From the IMG/VR virus record IMGVR_UViG_3300037963_006186, positions 1,382 through 65,381 of that record: DNA of 64,000 nt, one strand, 5' to 3'. The number at the start of each line of letters is the position of its first letter. Positions within the stretch are counted from its first letter, which is position 1. The notes under the pieces are model-generated. The model worked only from the letters and a program-made list of their open reading frames with translations, was not told the DNA's origin and did not search any database. A program made the translations under genes and the position numbers. The stretch comes from a virus. Its lineage: Duplodnaviria; Caudoviricetes. Of the stretch, positions 45,381 to 54,407 are shown one piece after another.

Positions 45381-47769
45381 TCGCCGCCTCCAATATTTGT
45401 TGAATAGCTGGACCCTGCTGATCTGGGGGCAGTGTTGCTATTTGGTCGAGTAACTCTATTACTTGGGGTTGCTCTGCGAAGATTTGCCTCATGGACTCAA
45501 TTGCTTGATCGGGAGGCATTTGAGATATCTGAGCAATTATTTCTTCAGGTGAGCCTTGAGCCGCTACTTCTTGTGGTGGAGCTTCCTGTGGAGCTTCCTG
45601 TGGAGCTTGCTGTGGGGCTTGCTGTTGAGCCTGCTGTGGAGCTTGCTGTGGGGGCTTGCTCTCTTCTTGCTCACTTAACTCAGTTTCTAATTCTTCAGGA
45701 TGAAGGTCTTTTGGTAAGTCGAATCTATCAGCAAGAACCTGCATATAGTTTTTGGCGATTACTCCTTGTGGTCCACCTTTTGTCGCGGCATCCCAAAGCG
45801 CCATGTAAGGTTGCATGAGAGCAACAAGGTTTTGCTGCATGGCAGCGTCACTGAGTGGCGTCCTCCCGCCCTCGACAAAGCTGATTTCAAAATTGGCATC
45901 CAAATCTTCGACCGTAACGACCATTTGTTCGTTGCGTTCTCGCAAGATGATTCGTTCTTGTTTGACGACATACTCTTCGCCTTCAGTGCTGACGCCAAGG
46001 TCAGATACAACTTCTTCGTCAACGAACGGCTCTTGAAGTGCTGCAGTGTTGCGAACAAGGGCCATGTTCACCTGTTCTTCTTCACGCTCTGTTTCGGCTT
46101 TCTCAATGTCTGCAGTTCTGCCTGCAAGAGTGGAACCGAGCAGGTTCAACTCCTGCTCTGTCATATCATCGAGTTCTCGTTTATCCGTGATTTGAGAAGC
46201 CAAATCTTTGAAGTCATTCGAATCAACGTCGATTCCTGCAACTTCTGCAAGACTTTTGATTCTAGCTTTATCAAAGACCTCCATCTCTTGTTCAGGTTTT
46301 TGTTCCTGCTGATCAGCTTCTAAAGAATCTTCGTCTTGGGGCGTGGCTCCAACCTCTGATACGCTGACCTGTTGAGCTTCGTAAGCGCCAGCGCTATCGC
46401 CATCATCCTGCATACAAGAGATCAACGCACGAAGCATCAACTCCGTGAGGTTTGCTAACCACTGGTCTTTAATCGCCGCATGAAGACCAAACTCTGACTC
46501 TGTATACTGCTGAACCGTTTCAATTTCAAAAGCAGTCGCCTTAGTAACTATGCCCCTTGAGGCTGGACTGGTGCCGATTACACGCTCTATATCAATCTCA
46601 ACATCACGAACATACGCCTGTATGTTGCTTGAGATGGGAGCGTTTGGTATTGGCAAAATAGCGTCACTCAGCGGCCTTTCATAGGCAGAGTCAACCTCAA
46701 GTATCAAGCCATCATGACCCTCTGTTAGTTGAGTCATTTCTTCAGCGTTAAAGGTTCCCTTTCGAGTCACGTATTGGCGGGTGTCTTTACGTGTAGACAT
46801 GGCCATGTACGACCGATACGCATTCAATTCTTTGAACTGTGGCATCAATCGACGAACGTGAGCTATCCCGCGAAGTGGAAACTCGGGCTCATAATTGAAT
46901 ATAAGCGGGACAATATGCGCCATTGGATCGCCATCATGACGAACAAAAGGCAAGGGTCCAACATAAACGGGCTTTTTCGAGTCATTGCCCTGACCTAAAA
47001 CATATATCTCTAATCTACCTTCATACTGGATATCTGGGTTTTTAGGATCTTCATAGTGATCAACAAGATTACAAAACTCTAAAACACGAACAAAGTTGTT
47101 GTCTTGTTCAGCAACTTCATACCGTTTTCTGTTTTTGTAATCATCACTCACAGAGTCAGACGAAGATAAAAAATCGACCCTTCTGGTACCAGACAAGTCA
47201 GATAGTCCGTACTCATCTTCAACCTCTTGCTTTGGCCGATAGTAAAGATGGCCTCTAAATCTTTCGTCATCAACATCAGAGACTTCAGTATCAAGGAGCA
47301 TCTCCCAAACGGGAATGACTCTCATCCAGACACGATCTAAGGCGCTGCCTCTACCATGGTGGTATCCGACCTTGATTCCCGACCCAGGGTACAAGATAGC
47401 TTGCCTCAATGCGGTCATGACTCGCTCATGAATCTTGCGACTAGAAAGCATTCTGTTGACTGCAAGTTCAGCCTTTTCAGGATTACCCTTGCCTGCCGGA
47501 TCCGACCCTAAGATGACTCTGCTTGCCCTTGGATACAACGCGGACAAATATGATGTAACAACACCCCAAAGCCGGTTGACCTCTATTTCAACCTCGCGCA
47601 AACGGCGGTTTCGTTTGGGTGCATCATCGCCAGTTACGTATTCCCAATACTTAGTAAGATACGTATGTTTATACAGAGACCAATCCTTGCGATTGTTTCT
47701 TGCGTAACGATCATGCGCTCGAACAAACTCATGAATTAACTTCGGACTAATTTGATCTTTTTTCTTCAC
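45367..47769 (-). CDS. portal protein
   Basis: 800 aa after TerL; VNRLWGVV..YLSALYP, SRGIV.KATAFE; Q/A/P-rich tail. Confidence 0.8.
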   Translation of the reverse strand: MKKKDQISPKLIHEFVRAHDRYARNNRKDWSLYKHTYLTKYWEYVTGDDAPKRNRRLREVEIEVNRLWGVVTSYLSALYPRASRVILGSDPAGKGNPEKAELAVNRMLSSRKIHERVMTALRQAILYPGSGIKVGYHHGRGSALDRVWMRVIPVWEMLLDTEVSDVDDERFRGHLYYRPKQEVEDEYGLSDLSGTRRVDFLSSSDSVSDDYKNRKRYEVAEQDNNFVRVLEFCNLVDHYEDPKNPDIQYEGRLEIYVLGQGNDSKKPVYVGPLPFVRHDGDPMAHIVPLIFNYEPEFPLRGIAHVRRLMPQFKELNAYRSYMAMSTRKDTRQYVTRKGTFNAEEMTQLTEGHDGLILEVDSAYERPLSDAILPIPNAPISSNIQAYVRDVEIDIERVIGTSPASRGIVTKATAFEIETVQQYTESEFGLHAAIKDQWLANLTELMLRALISCMQDDGDSAGAYEAQQVSVSEVGATPQDEDSLEADQQEQKPEQEMEVFDKARIKSLAEVAGIDVDSNDFKDLASQITDKRELDDMTEQELNLLGSTLAGRTADIEKAETEREEEQVNMALVRNTAALQEPFVDEEVVSDLGVSTEGEEYVVKQERIILRERNEQMVVTVEDLDANFEISFVEGGRTPLSDAAMQQNLVALMQPYMALWDAATKGGPQGVIAKNYMQVLADRFDLPKDLHPEELETELSEQEESKPPQQAPQQAQQQAPQQAPQEAPQEAPPQEVAAQGSPEEIIAQISQMPPDQAIESMRQIFAEQPQVIELLDQIATLPPDQQGPAIQQILEAASANV

Positions 47770-49334
47770 GAGACCTTCGCTCCGCTCATGACATTAAATG
47801 GATTGGTGCGAGCATAATATCGCTTCCTGCCTCTCTGGGGAATCTCTTTAGACTGCGGCATTTTTCTTCGATTCCATTCAGCAAGCATCAGAGCATCACA
47901 ATGATCATCATGGTATCCATCTTGTCCTTCGATTTTACCGTTATGCTCTCTTATATGCATCAATTCTTGTACTGTAGACAAATCATTTAAAGTTAAAGAA
48001 TCACTATTAACCATTTGTCTTAGATGGGCATATGCTTCTTCTTTGTTACCGCGAGTCGTAGTCCAAAACTTAGGAACCTTGCTGGCCGCTTGACCAGGGG
48101 CCGGAGGCTTATGCCATAGGGGAAGTCCAGCTTTTTGAAACTCACGAATCACAACAGGCCCCGCTCCACCAGTATTGGCTTCAATTAATGAACGTGCTTT
48201 GTTGTAATGCATTGCAAGCTCTACTGCCTTTTGAGCGAAAAGTATCTCTCCGCCCTGGTTCATGGACAATGTAGCAACTTGACGACCATCAGCACTTAAA
48301 ACCTGGGCTACAGCATAATCTCCACCATTACACCAAGACGGGTCCACTCCAACAGAGTAGTTCATGCCTGGATATGGTCTCTCGTAAATCCGAAGCTCAC
48401 CCTCAACAGGCTTTAGAGAAGATAAAATCAAATTTAAATAGTCTGTATCAAACCAACTTCCGTCGTGAATAGCAAAGCCGTCTTCAATCGTGAGCGGGTA
48501 CTCTCTGCGGAATCGACGGATACCAATTCCATTCACGCCATGTATTTTATCGTGTCTCCAATACAACTGGCGCATCGTAAGATTATGTTGCTGAGAAAGC
48601 TCCCACTCTTCTTGGTCTGGCTCCCAATTGTCAGGAACGTCAGCCTGATAAGCCAAGTGATCCGACCACTTGAAAAAACGAAAGCGAACAGAGCGATCCC
48701 CACGTCTTTTTGCTTCAATTGCGCTCAAAACTTTGGAGTGGAAGAGATTGCCGGGTCCGTCAGCAGTAGAAATAATAATGATCTTCTTGTGTGGCCCCTC
48801 GTGAAGTGTGGATGTAACAGACGCCCACACGTCCTCTGCATTGGGCCAGAACGCCAACTCGTCGGCATGTAGACGCTGATACGTCCAACCACGAGCATCA
48901 CTCTTACCACCAGCAGTCATGCATCGGAAACCGGCCATGCTGTCTTTGAAGATCAACTCTCGCTTGTTTGATCTTTCAATCGGTTTCTTCAACATTTGAG
49001 GCAATGAACGGTAGTAGTGGCGAACACGACCAAAAATAGCGTCAGTAGAATCATACGAGTCAGCAACAACCAAACAACGAGCAGGGTCTTGTGTCCAATA
49101 CAAGTAGTTAAAGTTGTAGGCTGTGGCTACGGTGGTGTCTCCTATCTGACGCGGCTTGTAGTGGATCACAGTCTCTGCATCAGAACAAAAATCTTCCAGC
49201 GCCATCACTTGCTCAGCAAAGGGTGTATTGAACATCCTCTCTTGCCCTTTTTCATCCACGATCTTCAAGCGACCGATAAACTCACCAGGGCTTTGAGCTA
49301 ATTGAGCAAGAATCTTTTTGTCATGTGCATTCAC
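47766..49334 (-). CDS. terL: terminase large subunit
   Basis: KPRQIGDTT, LHADELAFW Walker B, ISTADG, FRREYP, GVDPS and HDDHCDALMLA. Confidence 0.92.
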   Translation of the reverse strand: MNAHDKKILAQLAQSPGEFIGRLKIVDEKGQERMFNTPFAEQVMALEDFCSDAETVIHYKPRQIGDTTVATAYNFNYLYWTQDPARCLVVADSYDSTDAIFGRVRHYYRSLPQMLKKPIERSNKRELIFKDSMAGFRCMTAGGKSDARGWTYQRLHADELAFWPNAEDVWASVTSTLHEGPHKKIIIISTADGPGNLFHSKVLSAIEAKRRGDRSVRFRFFKWSDHLAYQADVPDNWEPDQEEWELSQQHNLTMRQLYWRHDKIHGVNGIGIRRFRREYPLTIEDGFAIHDGSWFDTDYLNLILSSLKPVEGELRIYERPYPGMNYSVGVDPSWCNGGDYAVAQVLSADGRQVATLSMNQGGEILFAQKAVELAMHYNKARSLIEANTGGAGPVVIREFQKAGLPLWHKPPAPGQAASKVPKFWTTTRGNKEEAYAHLRQMVNSDSLTLNDLSTVQELMHIREHNGKIEGQDGYHDDHCDALMLAEWNRRKMPQSKEIPQRGRKRYYARTNPFNVMSGAKVS

Positions 49335-49897
49335 TACGCCTCACCGGGCTTCATTTTCCAAGAGTCACCGCTTCCACCACTGAAGTAACTTCTCAGTTCC
49401 GTCATGGCTTCACTATCGGCTTGGTCCTTTTTCGCAGCAGCAGAATCAAATCGACTCTTCGCATACTGCCTATATGCCCACTCTTCACCTTCAGTCATCG
49501 CATCACGAACACCAGTCCAATATTGCGAATCCATCATTCTAAACTCTTCTTCTGAAAGCTCTTTAGTTTCAGGAAACTCAGAGTAAAACCACTCACGAAA
49601 CCGGCTGTTTTCCTCACACCAACGATTCCATATTCGTTCATTGATTCTTGCGCCCTGATACCCTTTCTGGCGAGTAGCCTCGAACCACTCAGACCTGAAA
49701 AATCGGTTACGCTTTGCCATGCGATAGGCTATTTCTCTAAATTTTTCTTGCTGAACTGATGGCTTGAAGTCATCATCACCGGGCTTCAGCCAATCCTCTA
49801 CTTCAGGATGGTCAACGTGATTGGTCTCATCACTGACCTTTACGTTACACAACCGGCTGAAAAAAACGATGTCCTCGTCTTTAGTATCGTCAGACAT
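49334..49897 (-). CDS. putative terminase small subunit
   Basis: Helical protein translationally coupled to TerL; AAGGAG SD; called by position only. Confidence 0.5.
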   Translation of the reverse strand: MSDDTKDEDIVFFSRLCNVKVSDETNHVDHPEVEDWLKPGDDDFKPSVQQEKFREIAYRMAKRNRFFRSEWFEATRQKGYQGARINERIWNRWCEENSRFREWFYSEFPETKELSEEEFRMMDSQYWTGVRDAMTEGEEWAYRQYAKSRFDSAAAKKDQADSEAMTELRSYFSGGSGDSWKMKPGEA

Positions 49898-49942
49898 TTG
49901 TTCTCCTTTCAATGCATTATCACATACAGAAGGCTTGCCACT

Positions 49943-50113
49943 ATGTCTAAAAAACAAAACAAATCATTTCATGAATTTAATAAAGTTCTTCAACAACTAA
50001 AAGAAGAGGGCAAGATTAGCGATGCTCCGCCCTCTTCAGAACGAGAAGAGCGGAGAGAATACATAACCAAACTAACAAAATTGTTTAAGGAACGTATATA
50101 TTCCAACGATTAA
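49943..50113 (+). CDS. 56-aa basic hypothetical protein
   Basis: Fills the gap between TerS candidate and ssb on the opposite strand. Confidence 0.45.
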   Translation: MSKKQNKSFHEFNKVLQQLKEEGKISDAPPSSEREERREYITKLTKLFKERIYSND

Positions 50114-50520
50114 AATGGGATTCCATTGTCGTCAGTTGGATACGAGCCTTGGTTTGGCGCTCTCGATTGCTGGACACTATCGCCTTGCTGGTCAGATTTA
50201 GAACCTAAAAAGCGAATGTTGTCAGCTACTATTTCTGTTGAGTAGCGATCAGCGCCAGACTTGTCTGTGTACTTGCGCGTTTGAATGCGGCCTTCCACAA
50301 ACAACTCTTTTCCTTTAGAGCAAAATTTAGCTACGTTTTCTGCTGATCGGCCCCAAACGGTAATGTTGTGCCACTCTGTATGGTCAATCCACTGATCTCC
50401 CTCTTTGCGTCGATCACTGGTCGCTAACCTCATATTTACGACAGAGGTTCCTCCGCCTGTTGTGCGAAGCTCAGGATCAGCACCTAAACGACCAACCAAG
50501 ATTGCCTTATTTACACTCAT
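50110..50520 (-). CDS. ssb: single-stranded DNA-binding protein
   Basis: VNKAILVGRLGADPELR, TEWH, VEGRIQTR, and acidic tail DDNGIPF. Confidence 0.96.
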   Translation of the reverse strand: MSVNKAILVGRLGADPELRTTGGGTSVVNMRLATSDRRKEGDQWIDHTEWHNITVWGRSAENVAKFCSKGKELFVEGRIQTRKYTDKSGADRYSTEIVADNIRFLGSKSDQQGDSVQQSRAPNQGSYPTDDNGIPF

Positions 50521-50912
50521 TTTTTCTTCCTATTTTCATATTTGTTGTACCCAATCGCCAACTCACGCTTACGCTCTGCATCAGTCATGTTGGGTTTCTT
50601 TTTGTATTGCATCCGCATGTGTTTCGCCAGAAACTTATCCTCTGACGGATTGCCTTTTTCTTTGTCTGTTTTGACGTAGGTGGGCTTACCCCCGACACCT
50701 TGCTTCTTTGAGCGCTTCCTGCTGCATGCGCTGCTCCTCTCCTCCTTGGTCATGGAGTTTGCTTTGGAGCGTGGGACACACTTTGGGTAGCCGCGCTTTG
50801 ACTTCTTGGCGGACTTTCTGCCGCAGGACTGAAACTTACCGCCAGACTTAGGAGCACAGATGTCGACCCAGTCGCCCTTCTTGCCCTTACCAAACCACTC
50901 AGTGAGAGACAT
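50517..50912 (-). CDS. conserved basic phage protein
   Basis: LTEWF...WVDI...CGR...YPKCVP...RKR motif; very K/R-rich. Confidence 0.75.
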   Translation of the reverse strand: MSLTEWFGKGKKGDWVDICAPKSGGKFQSCGRKSAKKSKRGYPKCVPRSKANSMTKEERSSACSRKRSKKQGVGGKPTYVKTDKEKGNPSEDKFLAKHMRMQYKKKPNMTDAERKRELAIGYNKYENRKKK

Positions 50913-50914
50913 GA

Positions 50915-51460
50915 CTAGCCCTTCCGGTATCCACCGCCACGCTTTTTATAGGTACGAACCAGCCAAGCGTTTGCATATGCACTCGGGTACACATCAAACT
51001 TGCGCTTCGCTTCGGCTTTTACTCGAGCGTACAGTTTTGGGTTGGTGGGGATGTTGCGACTCTTCTTTTTCTTTTTTGGTCCACCGATTTCATCGCCGTA
51101 AAAAGGCTGATCGGAAAACTTTAAGTCTTCACCAGAGAAGGTGATCAAAAAGCTGGACGGAAGGTCAGATTTAGTTTGATCAGTAAAAAATGTTCTGTCT
51201 TTAATCATCTGCTCGACTTCACGCTTTAGCGCGTCCGATATGAATCCTTCGGCGCAAAGCTGCATAAAAGCAGACGGAGCAGTAGAAAGCTCCTCTTTTA
51301 CATCCTGGCTAATGTCCATTGGCTGTAACGGTCCAGGGCTTCGCTTAAACAAGGCCATGGCTCGTAAACCATCCATCATGTCTATCTCACCCATGGGCTC
51401 GCGCTCCTGTAGGTCTTCCATCATGAACTCATCCGACATCGCATGATCATAAAAAAACAT
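50915..51460 (-). CDS. protein with C-terminal DUF5872-like basic domain
   Basis: PTNPKLYARVK...PSAYANAWLVRTYKKRGGGY. Confidence 0.7.
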   Translation of the reverse strand: MFFYDHAMSDEFMMEDLQEREPMGEIDMMDGLRAMALFKRSPGPLQPMDISQDVKEELSTAPSAFMQLCAEGFISDALKREVEQMIKDRTFFTDQTKSDLPSSFLITFSGEDLKFSDQPFYGDEIGGPKKKKKSRNIPTNPKLYARVKAEAKRKFDVYPSAYANAWLVRTYKKRGGGYRKG

Positions 51461-51873
51461 TAGTTCACCCTACCTGCCCAAACCTTACAAACTCGGGCTG
51501 AAGCACATTTAAAATCAAGAGCCTGACAATACCCAAGCTCACCAGCCTCAACAGCCATTTCTGGGTCACCTTGATTACCGATTCCCTTTTCAATGCAATC
51601 AAGCATTTGAGGAGATCGATCAAAAAAAGAACAGTTACCGCAACGCATCTGCATAACGTTTTCAATAGTATCATTGAACAAGTCTGCGTATTGCTGCCAA
51701 AACTGTCGATTACCACCCGTTTCATCAAGTTGAGGATTCGCTGGACCGTACATCTTTGTATCAATCGCATTCTGACGATTCTCAAGGTTCAACTCAAGGT
51801 CCTGAGTCGCACGAGGGCAAGCCTCCGGTTGTCCGGTTTCTCGCATGTTTCGCATGAGCATTGAGTTGAACAT
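51460..51873 (-). CDS. Cys-rich conserved phage protein (possible Fe-S or metal binding)
   Basis: CPRATQD..LNLENR, YGPANP, CGNCSFF and GYCQALDFKCASARVCKVW. Confidence 0.75.
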   Translation of the reverse strand: MFNSMLMRNMRETGQPEACPRATQDLELNLENRQNAIDTKMYGPANPQLDETGGNRQFWQQYADLFNDTIENVMQMRCGNCSFFDRSPQMLDCIEKGIGNQGDPEMAVEAGELGYCQALDFKCASARVCKVWAGRVN

Positions 51874-51875
51874 GT

Positions 51876-52478
51876 CTATCGGTACCTTTTTTCTGGTGGT
51901 TTAAGTCGAATCACATCACCCGGTCGTAGATCATCCAAATCTGCACCGTCATCCACATAAAACTCTGACCCGTCTCCAACTACAATCACTTGTATATTTG
52001 TGCCATCGTTCAGCGTTCTATTTTCTGTGCTCATAGAAATATCTGAGTTCAATTTGTTCGTAAAAGACTTCGCAGAAGCTGCCTCTGAAAAATCAATTTG
52101 AGCGTCTAAATCGTCTTCAAAATCTCTAAAGTCGGTTTTACTCAAAACCTTTTTTGCGACAGGGACGTATTCTTTGACTTGTTTGTTGTAGAAATCATCC
52201 AGACTGTCGAGTTTTGGTGGCGGCGGTGTTGGACCCACTGTAGTGGTCTTCGATGATGGAGGACGAAGAACACGCTGTGAAGTAGATTTTTTTCCAGTCG
52301 ACATGGAATCAAGCAACAACTCATCGTCAGACGGCGTGACTTTCTCATCAGACGGCATGGCGCTTTCAGGCGAAGAAATACCCATAGGGTTCATGGCGAC
52401 ACCTCCGCCATACACCCGCTTTGCCTCCGATGTGTCCCGAATCGACATCAGCCCTTCACCTTCGATCCCGCCCGCCAT
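51876..52478 (-). CDS. hypothetical protein (start uncertain)
   Basis: 200-aa ORF co-oriented within the operon. Confidence 0.6.
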   Translation of the reverse strand: MAGGIEGEGLMSIRDTSEAKRVYGGGVAMNPMGISSPESAMPSDEKVTPSDDELLLDSMSTGKKSTSQRVLRPPSSKTTTVGPTPPPPKLDSLDDFYNKQVKEYVPVAKKVLSKTDFRDFEDDLDAQIDFSEAASAKSFTNKLNSDISMSTENRTLNDGTNIQVIVVGDGSEFYVDDGADLDDLRPGDVIRLKPPEKRYR

Positions 52479-52747
52479 TGGAAACAGGACCAGTATTTTG
52501 CAGTCAGCTTGTTTTTAGCAGCAGGCTTGTCGCATCCATGACGTGACCTAAAGTTCTTTCGAGCCTTGGGGTTGTCACGTCTAATCGCCATCTTGGCATC
52601 GCCAAAGCGAATGACTTTCTTCTTGCCACCAGAGCTAGCGACAACCACAAACTTTTTCTTACCATACCCAGGCTCGCCTTTGCGGATGCGTCTAGGCTTG
52701 TTGGTTTTCATGCCACCTTTTAACAATGAATCCGCTGACTGGGCCAT
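52448..52747 (-). CDS. conserved basic viral protein
   Basis: KKFVV...IRFGD...RKNFRSRHGC...YWSC.QW motif. Confidence 0.75.
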   Translation of the reverse strand: MAQSADSLLKGGMKTNKPRRIRKGEPGYGKKKFVVVASSGGKKKVIRFGDAKMAIRRDNPKARKNFRSRHGCDKPAAKNKLTAKYWSCFQWRAGSKVKG

Positions 52748-52748
52748 C

Positions 52749-53174
52749 TTACATTCCGTACTTGGACTTGCCGCGCTTCATGTATGGGTTTCCTGATTCA
52801 CCCTTCATGCCTTTTGCAATGTCTGCAACGCGCTTAGATTGGTTTCCATGAAGCTTGGATGCCTTGCCCAGTTGCGCGGAGACCTCTTCAAGGTCTTCTT
52901 TCGGTCCACCCACCTCATTATACTTCATTTTATGGCCGCCCCTTTCGCTCAACCGTGGCAAACCTTGAAGACCGCTTCGGTTCAAAAAATTTCCCAAAGA
53001 CTCTTTTGCTTTCTTGCGATCCTCTTCCGTAGGCGCAGCGGGTGAACCTAATTCCGACTCGACATTTTCTTTTAAGCTTTTGTTGGCCATTGGTGGATTT
53101 CGATATCGTTTCTCGAGAACGTATCGACCTTCCGCTAAGGCTTTTTCCATTTTTCTTTTTTTGTCAGGATCCAT
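52749..53174 (-). CDS. hypothetical basic protein
   Basis: AGGA SD; QLGKASKLHGNQSKRV motif. Confidence 0.7.
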   Translation of the reverse strand: MDPDKKRKMEKALAEGRYVLEKRYRNPPMANKSLKENVESELGSPAAPTEEDRKKAKESLGNFLNRSGLQGLPRLSERGGHKMKYNEVGGPKEDLEEVSAQLGKASKLHGNQSKRVADIAKGMKGESGNPYMKRGKSKYGM

Positions 53175-53199
53175 GTTTTATTCCTATGTCTAAAATCGC

Positions 53200-54387
53200 T
53201 TAACGGGGCATCTCATAAATAGGATCACCTTCAATTAAAATCCCTTGTTGAAGCACGTCCCTTTCCACATCTTCTTTTTCTCGCTTTGCAAACTCCATGG
53301 CTTCTGCATGACCGAGAAGAAAAATTAATCCAGGGTCATCAACCTGTGCAGCGCCCATGCCACTATAATTTTTTACAATGTCTCGTCGAACTGCGTCTGC
53401 ATCGTACGATAAGTTCATCAAATCATCAGCAAGGTTTGGTTTTTCGCCTCGCAAATTAAGACCAGCCCTAAAGCCTTGATCATATGATGGAGTGCTTCGT
53501 ATATCTGCCAACAAAGAAGATTCTGTCATCGTATCGAAAGGAGGCCTTCCTTCTAAGTCTTTCAATTCAGATGAGGCACGAAAGTTTGTCTCTGTTTCAG
53601 CATCTTTAGCTGCTTGCTGATCCAGCAATGATTGTTGATATCTTGATGCCGCAGTTGGGTCTCTTGGAAGCCTGTAAGTTTGACCGCCAATAGAAACCTC
53701 AGAACCGGGAACTGCTTCTTGTTCAACAATCGGCATCGATGGTTTCATGTCGATTTCTGCATCCATAATGTCGTCACGATCGCTGAAGTTCATAACTTCA
53801 GCATCGTTAGATCTTTTGGTTGGACGGGATGCCAAAAGTTTTCGCATATCAGCCCTCATCCGCTGTTTCATACTTTCAGAGGGGCTAAAAAAGCCATTAA
53901 GCGCTTCGGTTACTTCAGCTTCAGAGGGTTGGTCTTTGGTTGGACGGGATACCAGCGGTGATGACCCGAAACTTTCAAAGTTGCTCATGTCCATCAAAAA
54001 CCCAAGTAGAGACAACTTTTGGTTTTCATCCAAATCGGAGGAGTAAATATTTTTAGCAACCTGAGAAGCGGTAACACGACTTTCAGAGGGGCTAAAAAAG
54101 TCATTAAGCGCTCGTTTTCTCATACGACTCATTAGCGGTTCGGTTACTTCAGCTTCAGAGGGTTGGTATTTGGTTGGAGACACGTCTAAATCATCTTCAT
54201 AAATAATACGGAAGCGTTCCTTTAAATTCTCAAGACGGGGGTTTCTGGATAGAGCACCCTTCGCCCTTTCAAGCTCCTCATACCCTCGCGTGCTAAGTTC
54301 ACCTTCTGCCGCCTTGCGGCTCAGGAAAAAGTACCGACCCAAAAGCTCTGCTTCACCAACCGATACTCGATCTGTTCCTCTACTCAT
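53200..54387 (-). CDS. hypothetical protein with internal duplications
   Basis: AAGGAG SD; repeated QPSEAEVTE and FFSPSES blocks. Confidence 0.75.
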   Translation of the reverse strand: MSRGTDRVSVGEAELLGRYFFLSRKAAEGELSTRGYEELERAKGALSRNPRLENLKERFRIIYEDDLDVSPTKYQPSEAEVTEPLMSRMRKRALNDFFSPSESRVTASQVAKNIYSSDLDENQKLSLLGFLMDMSNFESFGSSPLVSRPTKDQPSEAEVTEALNGFFSPSESMKQRMRADMRKLLASRPTKRSNDAEVMNFSDRDDIMDAEIDMKPSMPIVEQEAVPGSEVSIGGQTYRLPRDPTAASRYQQSLLDQQAAKDAETETNFRASSELKDLEGRPPFDTMTESSLLADIRSTPSYDQGFRAGLNLRGEKPNLADDLMNLSYDADAVRRDIVKNYSGMGAAQVDDPGLIFLLGHAEAMEFAKREKEDVERDVLQQGILIEGDPIYEMPR

Positions 54388-54407
54388 GTGTCTTAACTCC
54401 TTAGAAC

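Noticed and set aside
53815-54178. Diversity-generating retroelement template/variable repeats
   Set aside because: Repeats are short, both lie inside one ORF, and no reverse transcriptase is present in the window.
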